The notes below the pieces were generated by a model. The model was not told the DNA's origin. It searched no databases and saw only the letters and a list, made by a program, of their open reading frames with translations. From an uncultured Acidobacteriota bacterium (lineage in GTDB: Bacteria > Acidobacteriota > Blastocatellia > RBC074): a stretch of DNA of 64,000 bases. A program made the position numbers and the translations under genes. Position 1 is the stretch's first letter. Each line of letters begins with the position of its first letter. The stretch lies in assembly GCA_963796275.1 (NCBI GenBank), contig CAWCKY010000004.1, forward strand, positions 224,001 through 288,000, written 5' to 3'. Shown piece by piece: positions 24,297-35,552 of this stretch.

Positions 24297-25843
24297 TTAT
24301 AAGACCGGCCCAATCCGCCACGGGACGAATTCCTGGTGACCAAGCATTTCGCTTTTAGTTCTTTCACCAGATGCGGTGCGGCGGATCAATTCAAAAATCT
24401 TTCTTCCGACTTCCGGTATCGTCGATTTGCCATCGACGATAGTGCCGGCGTTGACGTCGATATTGTCATCCATCATTCGGGCGATGCGAGAATTCGATGA
24501 TATCTTTATCACCGGTACGACCGGAAAGCCGATGCCCGAGCCTCTGCCAGTCGTAAAGCAGATAATATTCGCTCCGCCTGCCGCGATTCCCGTCAGCGAG
24601 ACCGGATCATACCCCGGCGTATTCATCAGCACGAATCCGCTGCGATTAATGCGTTCGGCATAGGTGAAGACGCCGGTCAGCGCGGTTGTTCCGCCTTTCG
24701 CTACAGCGCCCAGCGATTTTTCCGTGATATTCGAAATACCCCCGGCCTTGTTTCCCGGGGATGGATTGTCATCCCATCCGCCACCGAAGCGCTCGAGATA
24801 TTTCCGGTACCATTCGACAATGTCGATCACTTTTCGACCCGTCGCCACGTCAGCCGCGCGGCGCGTGAGCAGGTGCTCCGCTCCCACGCATTCGGGTATT
24901 TCGGCAAGCACCGATGTTCCCCGGACCGCACCAACAGATCACTGGCGTAGCCAAGCGATGGATTGGCTGAGATTCCGGAGAACGCATCCGAGCCGCCGCA
25001 GTTCGTTCCGAGCAGAACCTTGCTCAACGGTTGCGCCGTGCGTTTCAGCTGCTGGCAATGTTTGATCAACTCTTCAACCTGTGCGACTCCATTGGCGACT
25101 GTCTGGCGCGTCCCCCCGCTCGATTGCATTTCGAGTCCGACGATCAATTTGCCTTTGCGAAACGATTGCTGCCCTAACTGCGTCGTGCCGATATATTTGG
25201 AAATCTGGTTGACCTCGCATCCCAAACTCACCATGAGGACGGCCCCCACGTTCGGATGAAAGATCATCCCGGCAATGGTTCTTTCAAGCTGCCAGGTGTC
25301 TTCGCCCTGTGAATGTCCACAACCTTCCTGGTGCGGGATGGCAACCACACCATCGATGCCGTGCGTATCGGGCCCCACGTCCCGCAGTTGATAAGCGATC
25401 TGACTTGCAACGTGGCTCGAACAGTTGGATGTCGCAATCACCGCAATGTAATTGCGCGTACCGACATCGCCATTCTCGCGCAAATAACCCATAAATGTAC
25501 CCGCATCTTCGGGAGCGAAGAATTCGGTCGCCGGCGTATCCGTCGCATATTCGTACTCCTTGCCGGAGAAATCCGGCTGCAAATTGTGTGTGTGAACCCA
25601 TTCGCCGGGGGCGATATCTTTGGTGGCCGTTCCGATGGTTTCGCCATACTTGACGATCTTTCCCCCTCCGGCTATCGGGCGCAACGCTATTTTGTGTCCG
25701 GGAGTGATTGTTTCGCGCAAACCTATCTTCGATCCGAAGGCAAGGATTTCGGTTCCGCCTGAAACCGGCGCGCGCGCGACGCCTACATTATCCTTTTCAT
25801 TCAGAATAATTATGGGGCTAACATCCTCATTGACGGGATTCAT
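24297..25843 (-). CDS. uxaA: UxaA/GarD-family dehydratase with SAF domain, split by a frameshift near 24921
   Basis: [38 protein letters not shown]. One extra G in the GGGG run restores VRSGGTSVLAE. Confidence 0.85.
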
Positions 25844-26034
25844 TTATGCTCCTCTACAAAGTAGACAGGTTTGTCAGGATTTAGTGATCGAGGTTAATCT
25901 TGAATATCCTGGGAATCCTGCCCGAATTTTAATCGTATTCAGTGGTCCGTCCGTGACCGCTTGTCCGATATATCCAAATTCTACTGAATGGAAGGAGACT
26001 AAGTAAAATGCGCGTGCGGATTCTGATCGAAAAG

Positions 26035-26080
26035 AAAAAACGCCTCCGAATTGCTTATTCGCTTTCCGGAGGCGTTTTTT
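26035..26080 (-). terminator. Intrinsic terminator lying between divergent genes
   Basis: AAAAAACGCCTCCG...CGGAGGCGTTTTTT; the minus-strand reading adds a G-U pair and a longer U tract (TTTTTTCTTTT). Confidence 0.8.
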
Positions 26081-26315
26081 CGCTGAGGACGCTTTACTCT
26101 GGTCGATTTATTTTTATTTCATAAATGCAGCACCAGAGGTGATGAAACCCTATCTAATGTCTGCTGGCCGAGTAATCCCCTAATGGCTTTTTCCGTCATT
26201 CACTGGCTGTTACCCTAATGGCTGAGCACTTGCTTGCTAGTCCTCATCACCTCTGATCTGCAACTGTTTGAATCGATCTCAATAACTCATTTTTTGAATT
26301 TCTTCTCCCTATATC
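26035..26315 (-). ncRNA. Candidate sigma54-dependent structured small RNA or leader
   Basis: Promoter-like motif upstream, long closing stem (26126-26145 with 26244-26262), repeated CATTAG motif, terminator, no long ORF. Confidence 0.45.
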
Positions 26316-26325
26316 GATACTAAAT

Positions 26326-26342
26326 ATCAATCTTCGTGCCGG
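26326..26342 (-). promoter_or_regulatory. Putative sigma54 -24/-12 promoter
   Basis: CCGGCACGAAGATTGAT versus consensus TGGCACG-N4-TTGC; exact GG-N10-G spacing, GA instead of GC at -12; divergent from a bEBP gene. Confidence 0.5.
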
Positions 26343-26554
26343 AGAGTATATGTTTTGAGGCGCCGTGCGGTTGAGGTGAGAGAACAAGTTGACTAATATG
26401 GGGTTAGCGCTAAGGGAATCATTGTCAAAACCTGAATCGGGATACATTTGAAGGGCGTGAATTGTCGCAATCAAATTTGATTGCAGCTATCAATATTGAT
26501 TATCTACTATCAATTTTGATATCGGCCAAATATCCGGGAGGGGGAAATCATCCG

Positions 26555-28543
26555 ATGAACTCAGAGAAGAATCCTTCTTTACCAAAGCTCATCTCCATCT
26601 CCGGCCCATCAGAAGGCTCCATCTTTGTGCTAATCGGGGATCAGACCCCGATCGGACGGGACCCGTCCAACTCGATCTGTATCGCCGATCCCCTGCTCTC
26701 ACGACGGCACTGCAGCCTTTTGAAGAAAGGCGAGGATGTGAGCATCGCCGACACCGGCAGCGCGAACGGGACATTTGTCAACGGAGTGCCTATTACGGAA
26801 CGCGCGCTGGTGCACCGCGACGTGATTAAAGCCGGAGATTCATTATTGCTCTTCATCAGCTACGAAGAAGAAGAAGACTCATCACATACCGATAACACCG
26901 TTCAACTCAATGACGATCCGCTGATCACGAAAGCGACGATCATCCTGCGTCAGGAAGAAGGCTTCTATCTGAATGAGCAGGGAGCGCTGCCCTTGACCGA
27001 ACGGACGACCCAAAACTTCCAGGCGCTTTTACGGATCGGCATCGAGATCAACACGATTCGCGACCTGCAGACTCTGCAGAAGAGACTGCTCGAGTTGATC
27101 TTCTCAGTGGTGCCCGCGGAACACGGCGCAATACTCTTATCCGATGATCAGGAAGGAGAGGTAAGATCGAGCTTCGGTTGGTCGCGAACGGAGCAAGATC
27201 AACAGACGGTGATCGCCAGCCGCACCATTCTGCAGACAGTTTTGCGCGACGGGGTTGCGATACTTCGCAATGATGTAGCGGAAGATGCCGCTCTCCAGAT
27301 ATCGAAAACCCTGGTCCGCTCGGGAGTCCGGTCGATTCTCGCGGTGCCGCTCTCTTATTTCCGGGATACTTTTGGAGTGATCTATCTGGACACAACAAAC
27401 CCGGCCGACAGTTTTGACGAGGAGCACCTGCAACTAGTCACAGCGGTTGCCAATCTGGCCGCGGTCGCATTGCAGAATGCGCAGCATCTGGAACAGTTGA
27501 ATAACGAAACGAAGCGGCTGCAGGCCGAGCTCAATTTCGACCGGGAAATGGTCGGCGAGAGCCCGCGGATGCAGGAGGTCCGTCAGTTGATCGCTAAAAT
27601 CGCGCCGACCGCCTCGACCGTCCTCATCTGCGGGGAGAGCGGTACCGGCAAGGAGCTCGTCGCGCGAGCGATTCACCTCAACAGCCCGCGGGCCAACAAA
27701 CCATTCATTGCCATCAACTGTGCAGTCTTGAATGATACCCTGCTCGAGAGCGAGCTTTTCGGCCACGAAAAAGGCTCCTTTACCGGCGCCATAGCGCAAA
27801 AGAAGGGAAAGCTCGAGATGGCCCAGGGCGGCACCGTATTTTTGGATGAAGTCGGTGAAATGTCTCCTGCGCTCCAGGCCAAGCTTTTGCGCGTTCTGCA
27901 GGAGCGGGAGATCGAACGCGTCGGCGGCACCCGTCCGATCAAACTCGACATCCGACTCATTGCAGCCACCAACAAGGACGTAGAGGTCGCTATCAGGAAC
28001 GGAGAATTTCGCACCGACCTTTACTTCAGGCTCAAAGTCTTCGAAATACCGATGCCACCCCTGCGCGAACGTCGCACTGACATCTCGCTTCTCGCCAGTT
28101 ACTTCGCCAACAAGTTCGGAGCCAAATGCGGTCGACAATTCAAAGGGATTTCCCACGCGGCGCGCACCTGTCTGAAGCATTACGATTGGCCGGGCAATGT
28201 GCGAGAACTCGAGAATGCTATAGAACGAGCCGTAGTTATGAGTACGACCGAATTCATCCTGCCCGATGATCTGCCCGACGAGGTGATCGAAGCCGATTCC
28301 TCATCATCGGCTCATATAAGATCGGCTCAACCCGATGTGGGGGCTCAGACGCTGCCCGTCACCATCGGATCTGTAATGAACTATCACGAGGGGATGATCG
28401 AGGCGAAGCGGCAGCTCATCGTCAAGGCATTCGACCAGGCCAAGGGCAATCACTTCGAGGCGGCAAAATTGTTGGGGCTACATCCGAACAATCTTCATCG
28501 TACGATCCGCAACCTCAACCTCAAATCACAGTTGAAGAAATGA
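26555..28543 (+). CDS. Sigma54 enhancer-binding protein, FHA-GAF-AAA+-HTH
   Basis: FHA ([18 protein letters not shown]), [37 protein letters not shown]-terminal HTH. Confidence 0.95.
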   Translation: MNSEKNPSLPKLISISGPSEGSIFVLIGDQTPIGRDPSNSICIADPLLSRRHCSLLKKGEDVSIADTGSANGTFVNGVPITERALVHRDVIKAGDSLLLFISYEEEEDSSHTDNTVQLNDDPLITKATIILRQEEGFYLNEQGALPLTERTTQNFQALLRIGIEINTIRDLQTLQKRLLELIFSVVPAEHGAILLSDDQEGEVRSSFGWSRTEQDQQTVIASRTILQTVLRDGVAILRNDVAEDAALQISKTLVRSGVRSILAVPLSYFRDTFGVIYLDTTNPADSFDEEHLQLVTAVANLAAVALQNAQHLEQLNNETKRLQAELNFDREMVGESPRMQEVRQLIAKIAPTASTVLICGESGTGKELVARAIHLNSPRANKPFIAINCAVLNDTLLESELFGHEKGSFTGAIAQKKGKLEMAQGGTVFLDEVGEMSPALQAKLLRVLQEREIERVGGTRPIKLDIRLIAATNKDVEVAIRNGEFRTDLYFRLKVFEIPMPPLRERRTDISLLASYFANKFGAKCGRQFKGISHAARTCLKHYDWPGNVRELENAIERAVVMSTTEFILPDDLPDEVIEADSSSSAHIRSAQPDVGAQTLPVTIGSVMNYHEGMIEAKRQLIVKAFDQAKGNHFEAAKLLGLHPNNLHRTIRNLNLKSQLKK

Positions 28544-28547
28544 AAAT

Positions 28548-28722
28548 TAGTTTTCAGTTTTCAGTTTGATAGCTAAAAACTAAAACCTAAAACTGATAAC
28601 TGATAATTAAAAACTAAAAACGGCTTTGTTGCATAAATCGTAAATGAATATTTTCAGTTGACAGTTGATAGTTTTCAGTCGCTGATCGAAATAGCTCAGC
28701 AAAAACTAAAAACTGAAATTAA
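28548..28722. repeat. AGTTTTC/AAAACTG heptamer inverted-repeat hairpins
   Basis: Two nested-arm hairpins; the same family occurs at 17712-17760, 30332-30420 and 46711-46905. Confidence 0.7.
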
Positions 28723-28883
28723 CTACTCACCCTCTTCGCCGCGTTAGCGGCGGTTGATTGTAGCCGTGGGTTTTAACCCAAGGTGGCGGTAGATTTTTTC
28801 TCGTCGCGTCAGCGACGATTGAATTCAGGCGTCGCTAACGCGACGCGGGAATATCCTTCAAGCCTTCCGTGGGTTAAAACCCA

Positions 28884-30274
28884 CTGGTATCTACACAAGT
28901 TTTTGCGTTTGGTTGCAAAGAGTTATCGCAATCAAACCTACCGAAGAATATGCTCTTTGAATGTTTCTCCTCAAACCTCCATTTGACCCCCGTTTGCAAA
29001 GACGGTATGAGAGGCTGGTGAATGAACATCTCCATACAAGCGAGAATCAAGCTGCTGGATCGCGTGCGCTGCCGAGCGTTAATGAAGCGTTTGCCAGCAC
29101 GCAAGCGGCCTGGCGATTTTATGCCAACCCCAATGTGAAGCTGACGGGGCTGGTCGAACCGTTGGTAGAACAAGCTCGGCGGGAGATGCCGCTTGTCTGT
29201 CGACGGTATGGACTGGCGATCCACGACTGGTCTGATCTGCGCTACGGAACGCACACGAGCAAGAAGGATCGGAAAAAAATCGGCAGCGACTTGGGCTACA
29301 AACTGGCGACCACGTTGCTGCTGAGCGACCAGAGCGGGGCGCCGATAGCGCCGATCAGCCTTGGGCTGTGGGCCAATGATGGATGGCACACAACGCTTGA
29401 TGAAGAGAGGCACAGAGATTGGTCGCCCCTGGGATTGGTGAGCCAGACAATGCGGGCTTCGCAGAAGCAAAAACTGTCGTTGCCGCTGGTCCACATCATT
29501 GATCGGGAAGGCGACTCGATCTTTCACTATCGTCAATGGAATAGTGAAGGCCATCTGTTTGAAGTACGTGCCAACGGGGAACAGAGAGTTGTTTGGCAGG
29601 AGCGGACACAACCGTTGAGCCAGGTCGCAGCACAGGTCGCCTTGCGCGCTAGCCAAGCGGTAGAGATTTCGGCCAATCTCATTGGGCAACTGTTTGTGGG
29701 CGAAACCAGCGTCGTCATTGATCGTCCGGCCTTTCCCCGCGCGCGCGATGGGGGCAAGCGTCAATGGATCAAAGGTGAGCCGCTCGAACTGCGCTTGATT
29801 GTCTGTCAACTGCGCTTGCCCGATGAAACGATTGCGGCTGAATGGTACTTGCTCAGTAACGTGCCGGCTGGCATCAGCGCTGAGCAACTGGCCGAATGGT
29901 ACTACTGGCGCTGGAGAATTGAATCTTACTTCAAGTTGCTTAAAAGGCATGGTTTCCAAGTCGACCAGTGGCAGCAGGAAACTGCTGAGGCGATTGCCAA
30001 ACGTTTGTTGGTGGCGGCCATGGCTTGTGTCGTAGTCTGGCACATCCAACGCGCAACGAATCCGCAGACGGTCACCCTGCGCAATCTCTTGGTGCGATTG
30101 AGCGGTCGACAAGTTCGGCGTGGGCAACCCACTGCACCAGCATTGTTGGCTGGGTTTTGGAGTTTCTTGTCGACACTTGAATTGCTCGAACATTATGACC
30201 TCAATGACCTTAAACAGATGGCCCGGCTCATTGTGCCAGGCTATTCCTGACCGTCGGAAATGTGTAGATACCAG
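28884..30274 (+). mobile_element. IS4-family IS, copy 3, 1391 bp, opposite orientation
   Basis: Same IRs; direct repeat TGGGTTAAAACCCA at 28870-28883 and 30275-30288. Confidence 0.95.
28961..30250 (+). CDS. IS4-family DDE transposase (4 aa differences from copies 1 and 2)
   Basis: I>V, S>R, V>A and D>N substitutions; TGA versus TAA stop. Confidence 0.95.
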   Translation: MFLLKPPFDPRLQRRYERLVNEHLHTSENQAAGSRALPSVNEAFASTQAAWRFYANPNVKLTGLVEPLVEQARREMPLVCRRYGLAIHDWSDLRYGTHTSKKDRKKIGSDLGYKLATTLLLSDQSGAPIAPISLGLWANDGWHTTLDEERHRDWSPLGLVSQTMRASQKQKLSLPLVHIIDREGDSIFHYRQWNSEGHLFEVRANGEQRVVWQERTQPLSQVAAQVALRASQAVEISANLIGQLFVGETSVVIDRPAFPRARDGGKRQWIKGEPLELRLIVCQLRLPDETIAAEWYLLSNVPAGISAEQLAEWYYWRWRIESYFKLLKRHGFQVDQWQQETAEAIAKRLLVAAMACVVVWHIQRATNPQTVTLRNLLVRLSGRQVRRGQPTAPALLAGFWSFLSTLELLEHYDLNDLKQMARLIVPGYS

Positions 30275-30437
30275 TGGGTTAAAACCCACGGCTACAATCA
30301 ACCGCCGCTAACGCGGCGAAGAGCATATATAGAGTTTTCAGTTTTCAGATGCCGATTTAGACTATCCAACAGAAACTTGAAACTGAAAACTGAAAACTGA
30401 TAACTGATAACTGAAAACCATTTCCCCAGGAGGACTA

Positions 30438-32111
30438 ATGAGCGCCAGCGATATTAAATTACATTTTGGATCGCCCTATGCGGAGAAACCCTGGCTCAAA
30501 CATTACGATATTTGGGTTCCGGCCGAGATCAATCCGCCCCGCCAGCAGCTCTATCAGATACTACAATTTGCCTCCACCAGTTATCGCGAGAAACCCGCAA
30601 CTTCGTTTCTGGGGGCGAATCTGACTTTTGGCGAAGTGAAAGACCAGGTCGATCGTCTCGCAACCTCCCTCTCTCAACGGGGAATCGGCAAAGGCGATCG
30701 CGTCGGTATTATGCTTCCCAATTGCCCGCAATACATGATCGCTTTTTTCGCGATCGTGCGGCTCGGCGCGATAGTTACGAATATCAATCCCATCTATACG
30801 CCTCGTGAAGTCGAGATGGTCGCGCGCGATTCGGGCTTGCGCGCAATCATTTCGCTCGACCTCATGGCTCCTGTTGTGCTGGGCGTCCAATCGAATACAT
30901 CGATCGAACACATCATTACGACCAGTCTCCAGGAATACTCAGCCGAATCGAGCACAGCACCGGCAGTTCCGCAAGGTACGATCTCATTCAAATCGCTGAT
31001 CGACGGCGTGGCTGAAATCGACTTGCCGCGTGTAGAGATCGATGCAGAGGAAGACGTAGCAGTATTGCAATATACTGGCGGGACGACGGGCGTTCCGAAA
31101 GCGGCGATGTTGACCCATACGAATCTTTACACCAACACACTGCAGTCTTTCATCTGGAGCGGCCCGCTGACGCAGCGAGGCGATGAGCGCTATCTGATAG
31201 TCATCCCGTATTTCCACATCTATGGCCAGACAATCGGCCTGCTGCTGGGCGCTTGGAATGGCGCGATGCAGATACTGATTCCGAAATTCGACGCGAATCT
31301 GCTGATCCAGGCTATCAGGCAACACAAGCCAACGTACTTTCCGAGCGTTCCCACGCTCTACATCTCGATGCTGGCTCATCCCGAGTTCAAGAAGTGCGGC
31401 CTCGGATCGATCAAACGATTCAACAGCGGTTCGGCCCCGATGCCCATCGAAGTGCTGGAACAGTTCGAAAAGCAGAGCGGCGCCATGCTCTATGAGGGCT
31501 ACGGATTGACCGAGGCTTCGCCGACGACCCACTCGACCCCGACGCTTGCGAAGCGCAAGGTCGGAAGCATCGGGCTTCCATATCCGTCGACCGAATGCAA
31601 GATCGTAGATCTGGAGACCGGCACGCGCGAAGTCCCGCTCGGAGAAGACGGCGAGCTCTGCGTTCGCGGGCCGCAGGTGATGAAAGGCTACTGGAACCGC
31701 CCGGACGAGACGGCAATTGCGCTGCGCGACGGATGGCTCTACACTGGCGACGTTGCGCGGATGGATGAAGATGGATTTTTCTACATCGTACAACGTAAGA
31801 AGGATATGATTATCGTCAGCGGCTTCAATGTCTATCCGAACGAAGTCGAGGACGTCCTCTTCGCTCATCCGGCAGTCGCCGAAGCCGCAGTCATCGGAGT
31901 TCCCGACGGATATCGTGGAGAGGCGGTCAAAGCCTTCGTAGTTGCGAAGGACAATGCCGGCGTGACGACAGATGAATTGATCGAACACTGCCGGGCGAAC
32001 CTGGCGAAATACAAAGTCCCATCATCTATCAACCTCGTGGATAAACTGCCCAAGAGCGCTGTCGGCAAGGTGCTGCGGCGCGAATTGCGCGAAATGGCGA
32101 AGGAGAAATAA
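30438..32111 (+). CDS. Long-chain fatty acid-CoA ligase
   Basis: [32 protein letters not shown]. Confidence 0.93.
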   Translation: MSASDIKLHFGSPYAEKPWLKHYDIWVPAEINPPRQQLYQILQFASTSYREKPATSFLGANLTFGEVKDQVDRLATSLSQRGIGKGDRVGIMLPNCPQYMIAFFAIVRLGAIVTNINPIYTPREVEMVARDSGLRAIISLDLMAPVVLGVQSNTSIEHIITTSLQEYSAESSTAPAVPQGTISFKSLIDGVAEIDLPRVEIDAEEDVAVLQYTGGTTGVPKAAMLTHTNLYTNTLQSFIWSGPLTQRGDERYLIVIPYFHIYGQTIGLLLGAWNGAMQILIPKFDANLLIQAIRQHKPTYFPSVPTLYISMLAHPEFKKCGLGSIKRFNSGSAPMPIEVLEQFEKQSGAMLYEGYGLTEASPTTHSTPTLAKRKVGSIGLPYPSTECKIVDLETGTREVPLGEDGELCVRGPQVMKGYWNRPDETAIALRDGWLYTGDVARMDEDGFFYIVQRKKDMIIVSGFNVYPNEVEDVLFAHPAVAEAAVIGVPDGYRGEAVKAFVVAKDNAGVTTDELIEHCRANLAKYKVPSSINLVDKLPKSAVGKVLRRELREMAKEK

Positions 32112-32114
32112 TCG

Positions 32115-32483
32115 ATGTCGGAAGCAACAGCGGCAAACAATTCGCCGCATTACGATGAACGACCGTGGGGAAGTTTCACTGTCCTCGATGAAGGCGAGGG
32201 GTATAAGGTCAAGAGGATCGAGGTCCTGTCCGGCAAGCGCCTGAGTTATCAAAAACACGCGCGCCGCGCCGAGCATTGGATGGTCGTTCAGGGAACAGCA
32301 AAGGTCACGCTCGATGGGAAGGAAATTTTATTGAAGAGCGGCGAGGTCGTCGATATTCCCGTCGGCGCTGCGCATCGCATCGAAAATCCGGGTGATGTGA
32401 AGATGATCTTTATTGAAATTCAACGAGGCAGTTATTTAGGTGAAGACGACATCGTACGATTACAGGATGATTTCGGACGTTGA
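32115..32483 (+). CDS. Stand-alone type II phosphomannose isomerase C-terminal cupin
   Basis: ERPWG, LSYQKHARRAEHW, YLGEDDIVRLQDDFGR. Confidence 0.92.
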   Translation: MSEATAANNSPHYDERPWGSFTVLDEGEGYKVKRIEVLSGKRLSYQKHARRAEHWMVVQGTAKVTLDGKEILLKSGEVVDIPVGAAHRIENPGDVKMIFIEIQRGSYLGEDDIVRLQDDFGR

Positions 32484-32488
32484 GAAAC

Positions 32489-32610
32489 AGTACCGCGAGC
32501 GGTAGCGAGCGGCTTGGAATTCGTGAGAAACAATCAGTACCGCAAGCGTTAGCGAGCGAGACGCCATCGATCAATTGGTGGATCCTCGCTCGCCACCGCT
32601 TGCGGTACTA
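32489..32610. repeat. REP cluster (AGTACCGCGAGCGGTAGCGAGCG family): two direct copies and one inverted copy
   Basis: Matches 12610-12690; lies between convergent genes. Confidence 0.75.
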
Positions 32611-33830
32611 AATTCATCTGTTCGGCGCGGCAGGAGCGAGACGGCAATGGCGCCAATCGCAGCCAGGATGATCAACGTCGCAAAACCGTTCACGTAATTC
32701 TTGCTCAGGTCATAAAGTCGGCCGACGATAAAGGGAGCGAACGCTTCAGCCAATCCATCGGCCGTAAGAATTATTCCCATTATCCTGCCCATCACCTTCA
32801 GCCCGAAAAGCTCAGCGGTCATCAGGGGAATGATCATATAATCGCCGCCGAGCCCAATGCCGAAGATAATAGCAAAGAGGTAGATCACGCCGGGGACGGA
32901 AGCGAAATAGAGAAGCGGGATCGCGAGCGAGACCAGAGAATATATGAGCAGCATGACGTATTTCTTCGGATAACGATCTGCCAGCCAACCCATCAGCAAC
33001 CGCCCGACGATACTCGATGTCAAAACCAGCGAGATGATCTTTGCGGATTCGGTTTGCGAATATCCCTGATCGATACTGAGAAAGAGCTTGAGATGTTGAT
33101 TCGTTCCGGCAACCGCTCCGATCGAACACATACTTCCAATTGCAAGAAGGTAGAAAGGCCAGCTCTTAACTATGCTTCCGATCGGCGCCTTGGGCGCGGC
33201 TGCGCCCCTCTCCCGCAATCTGTCCGGCGGCTCTTTGACGATCAAGACCATCGGGAAGGAGACCACGATCATCAATATTCCGATCACCATCAATGCGCGC
33301 TGCCATCCGAGGTTCTCGGTCAGAAAATTGGCGATCCAGGGGACGATCGCGCCGCCGACGCCGATGCCGAGATAGGCAAACCCCATGGCCTTTCCCCGCC
33401 CCTTATCGAACCACCGGGAAAGCAGAACCTGGTTCGGCAGCGGCCCGCCGCACACATAACCGAGGGCGTTGAACAAATAGCAGAGATAAAACATCCAGAG
33501 CATCGATATCTGGCTGAGACCTATCACCGCAAATCCGCCCATCAGTATGCCCGCGAGCATCAGCTTCCGCGGGCCGAAACGATCGATAAACCACCCGGCG
33601 AGGAAGCCGAATAGAATACCGACGACGATCTTGCCCGTTAAATTGCCAGATGTAATAGTGCCGCGCGACCAACCGTATTCCTTCACCCAAAAATCGTAAA
33701 AGAACGGCAGCCCGTAGAACGACAATCCGACGAGCGAAAAAAGGCTCAAGAATGCAGTTACAGCGACCTGCGCCTTCGCGCCACTCAGCTTTTCTCCGGC
33801 AATTTCCCCGGTCAAGACAGATTCTTTCAT
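32571..33830 (-). CDS. MFS transporter
   Basis: About 12 TM segments; GWFIDRFGPR and GWLADRYPKK motif A. Confidence 0.9.
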   Translation of the reverse strand: MKESVLTGEIAGEKLSGAKAQVAVTAFLSLFSLVGLSFYGLPFFYDFWVKEYGWSRGTITSGNLTGKIVVGILFGFLAGWFIDRFGPRKLMLAGILMGGFAVIGLSQISMLWMFYLCYLFNALGYVCGGPLPNQVLLSRWFDKGRGKAMGFAYLGIGVGGAIVPWIANFLTENLGWQRALMVIGILMIVVSFPMVLIVKEPPDRLRERGAAAPKAPIGSIVKSWPFYLLAIGSMCSIGAVAGTNQHLKLFLSIDQGYSQTESAKIISLVLTSSIVGRLLMGWLADRYPKKYVMLLIYSLVSLAIPLLYFASVPGVIYLFAIIFGIGLGGDYMIIPLMTAELFGLKVMGRIMGIILTADGLAEAFAPFIVGRLYDLSKNYVNGFATLIILAAIGAIAVSLLPRRTDEFSTASGGERGSTN

Positions 33831-33831
33831 A

Positions 33832-34734
33832 TTATCTGCTCGTAAATGGCTCCATCAGCTCAGCCCTGCTTCCATCGGGATCGTACAGATTGAGCTGCCA
33901 ACGATTGTTGCGCCCGACCTGCGGCGACCGGATGGACGATGGATCAGTCGCCCGCCCTCTCAGAATTTCGAGAGATGCCTGAATATCCGGCACAAGCAAT
34001 GCTACGTGGTGTAGTACGCCGAGTTGCTGTCGATTCGGCTTACCGGTAGTCAGCATATATTCGATGTAATCGGTCCCGTCCGGCACTTTCATATTGATCC
34101 AGTTGAGCGTGGCCTCATCCCGGCCGCCGCGCCATATCTCCGAGAAGCCCAGGATATCCTTGTAAAACTTATCGGCGGCCGCAAGGTCTGCCACTGTGAT
34201 GCCGGCATGCAGGATACGATTTGAGATTCTCCGCGACGATACGTATCGGCCTTTGTTCTTGAGATGGAGCGACCCAGGCCGGTATTGCACGAACTCGACG
34301 CGATGGCCGTCGGGGTCTTCGATGGTCATATTCAAATTGCCATCGCGCCCCTGATTGACCCCGGCAGGCACCTTCACGCTTTTCGCATTCAGGTAAACGC
34401 GCAATGCCTCGATGTCAGTCGTTTCGAGGGCGACGTGCAGCAGCCGTTCGTCCTTGTCGGGCGGCAACCCGGGAAAGATTTCGATGTATTGCCGCTCGTT
34501 CACTTTGAAATAGGTCAACGCAAGAGCGCCGTCTTCCTTGTATATCTGAAACGGCTCTTCATAGCCGAGCTGTTCGCCATAGAACGCGCGCGCCTTCGCC
34601 AGATCGCTTACCTGAAATGCGATATGGGCAATACCCGTGATCAACGGACGTTTTATTTCCTGTTCTTGAGCTGCAGCGCCGAACACACAACACCCGGCCA
34701 ATGCCATCAGAATAAGAATTCGACATGCCTTCAT
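33832..34734 (-). CDS. Exported two-domain VOC/glyoxalase family protein
   Basis: Signal peptide; HIAFQVSDL...DPDGHRVEF repeated twice. Confidence 0.85.
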   Translation of the reverse strand: MKACRILILMALAGCCVFGAAAQEQEIKRPLITGIAHIAFQVSDLAKARAFYGEQLGYEEPFQIYKEDGALALTYFKVNERQYIEIFPGLPPDKDERLLHVALETTDIEALRVYLNAKSVKVPAGVNQGRDGNLNMTIEDPDGHRVEFVQYRPGSLHLKNKGRYVSSRRISNRILHAGITVADLAAADKFYKDILGFSEIWRGGRDEATLNWINMKVPDGTDYIEYMLTTGKPNRQQLGVLHHVALLVPDIQASLEILRGRATDPSSIRSPQVGRNNRWQLNLYDPDGSRAELMEPFTSR

Positions 34735-34760
34735 CGTCTTACCTCATGGTGATTAGAGAA

Positions 34761-35423
34761 CTACTGTTTGGTCTCTCCTTTGAGTTCAAGAACGCGGATA
34801 TTTTTGAAACGCGCTTTGCTTTTCTCTCCCCACGCGCCCTCGCCGCCGTGAACCTGAAGCCCGATGTAACCCTCGCGCGGATATCGGTCGCGGTTGTCCT
34901 GGAAATCGGTCATCTTGACATCGTTCAGCCAGGCAGTCACGTGAGCGGGTTGGCCTACAACACGCGCGCGCAGTTTGTTCCACTGGTCCTTGCGATAATA
35001 CTTCTGCCAATCCTTGTTCTGTTGAATGAACCCTCCGGCAGCGGGGGCATAGAGGCTGCCGATGAATCCGCCATCGCGGTAATCGATGGTGATCTGATAG
35101 CCCATCCCGTCATCGCGCGTTCGCAGAAACAAACCGGTATCGACCGGAAGGTCCGCTTTGAATTCGAGTTCGATCTCAAAGTCGGAATACTTGCGATCGG
35201 TGCCAAGTAATCCGCCCTTGTGATCAGTCTCCTGGTCGGCGACGATCGAGCCGCCCTCGACGACCCACACCCCGCCATTTCCTCCGTGAACGGCTTTCTT
35301 CTCCCAACCATTCAACGTCTTACCATCGAATATCTTCTGCCATTCGTCGGCAGTCGCGACTTGAGAAGCAATTACAGAGATGCTCACTAAAATCGAAAAG
35401 ATAATTAACGCCTTTTTCCTCAT
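34761..35423 (-). CDS. DUF1080 (3-keto-disaccharide hydrolase-like) exported protein
   Basis: IFDGKTLNGW, YSDFEIELEFK, GYIGLQVH, RFKNIRV. Confidence 0.88.
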   Translation of the reverse strand: MRKKALIIFSILVSISVIASQVATADEWQKIFDGKTLNGWEKKAVHGGNGGVWVVEGGSIVADQETDHKGGLLGTDRKYSDFEIELEFKADLPVDTGLFLRTRDDGMGYQITIDYRDGGFIGSLYAPAAGGFIQQNKDWQKYYRKDQWNKLRARVVGQPAHVTAWLNDVKMTDFQDNRDRYPREGYIGLQVHGGEGAWGEKSKARFKNIRVLELKGETKQ

Positions 35424-35552
35424 AATTTTTCCTCCCTAATTTAGCGGATATCGTAGAACATATTCATAAAGTCGGCGCGATTATGCATTAAAAGGAATTG
35501 GTTAGTCCATCATTCACGTGACAATCGCAAGGCGAATTCGTAGGATTACCGA

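Larger units (their letters stand above)
28734..30321. repeat. Second REPIN copy (183 bp empty) with an IS in the right arm only
   Basis: Same terminal IR and central palindrome; left arm reads ...AACCCAAGG (stem mismatch) and is unoccupied. Confidence 0.9.

Noticed and set aside
24900-24930. Programmed frameshift in uxaA, hsdR or amidase
   Set aside because: No slippery heptamer or stimulatory structure seen; sequencing indel is simpler.
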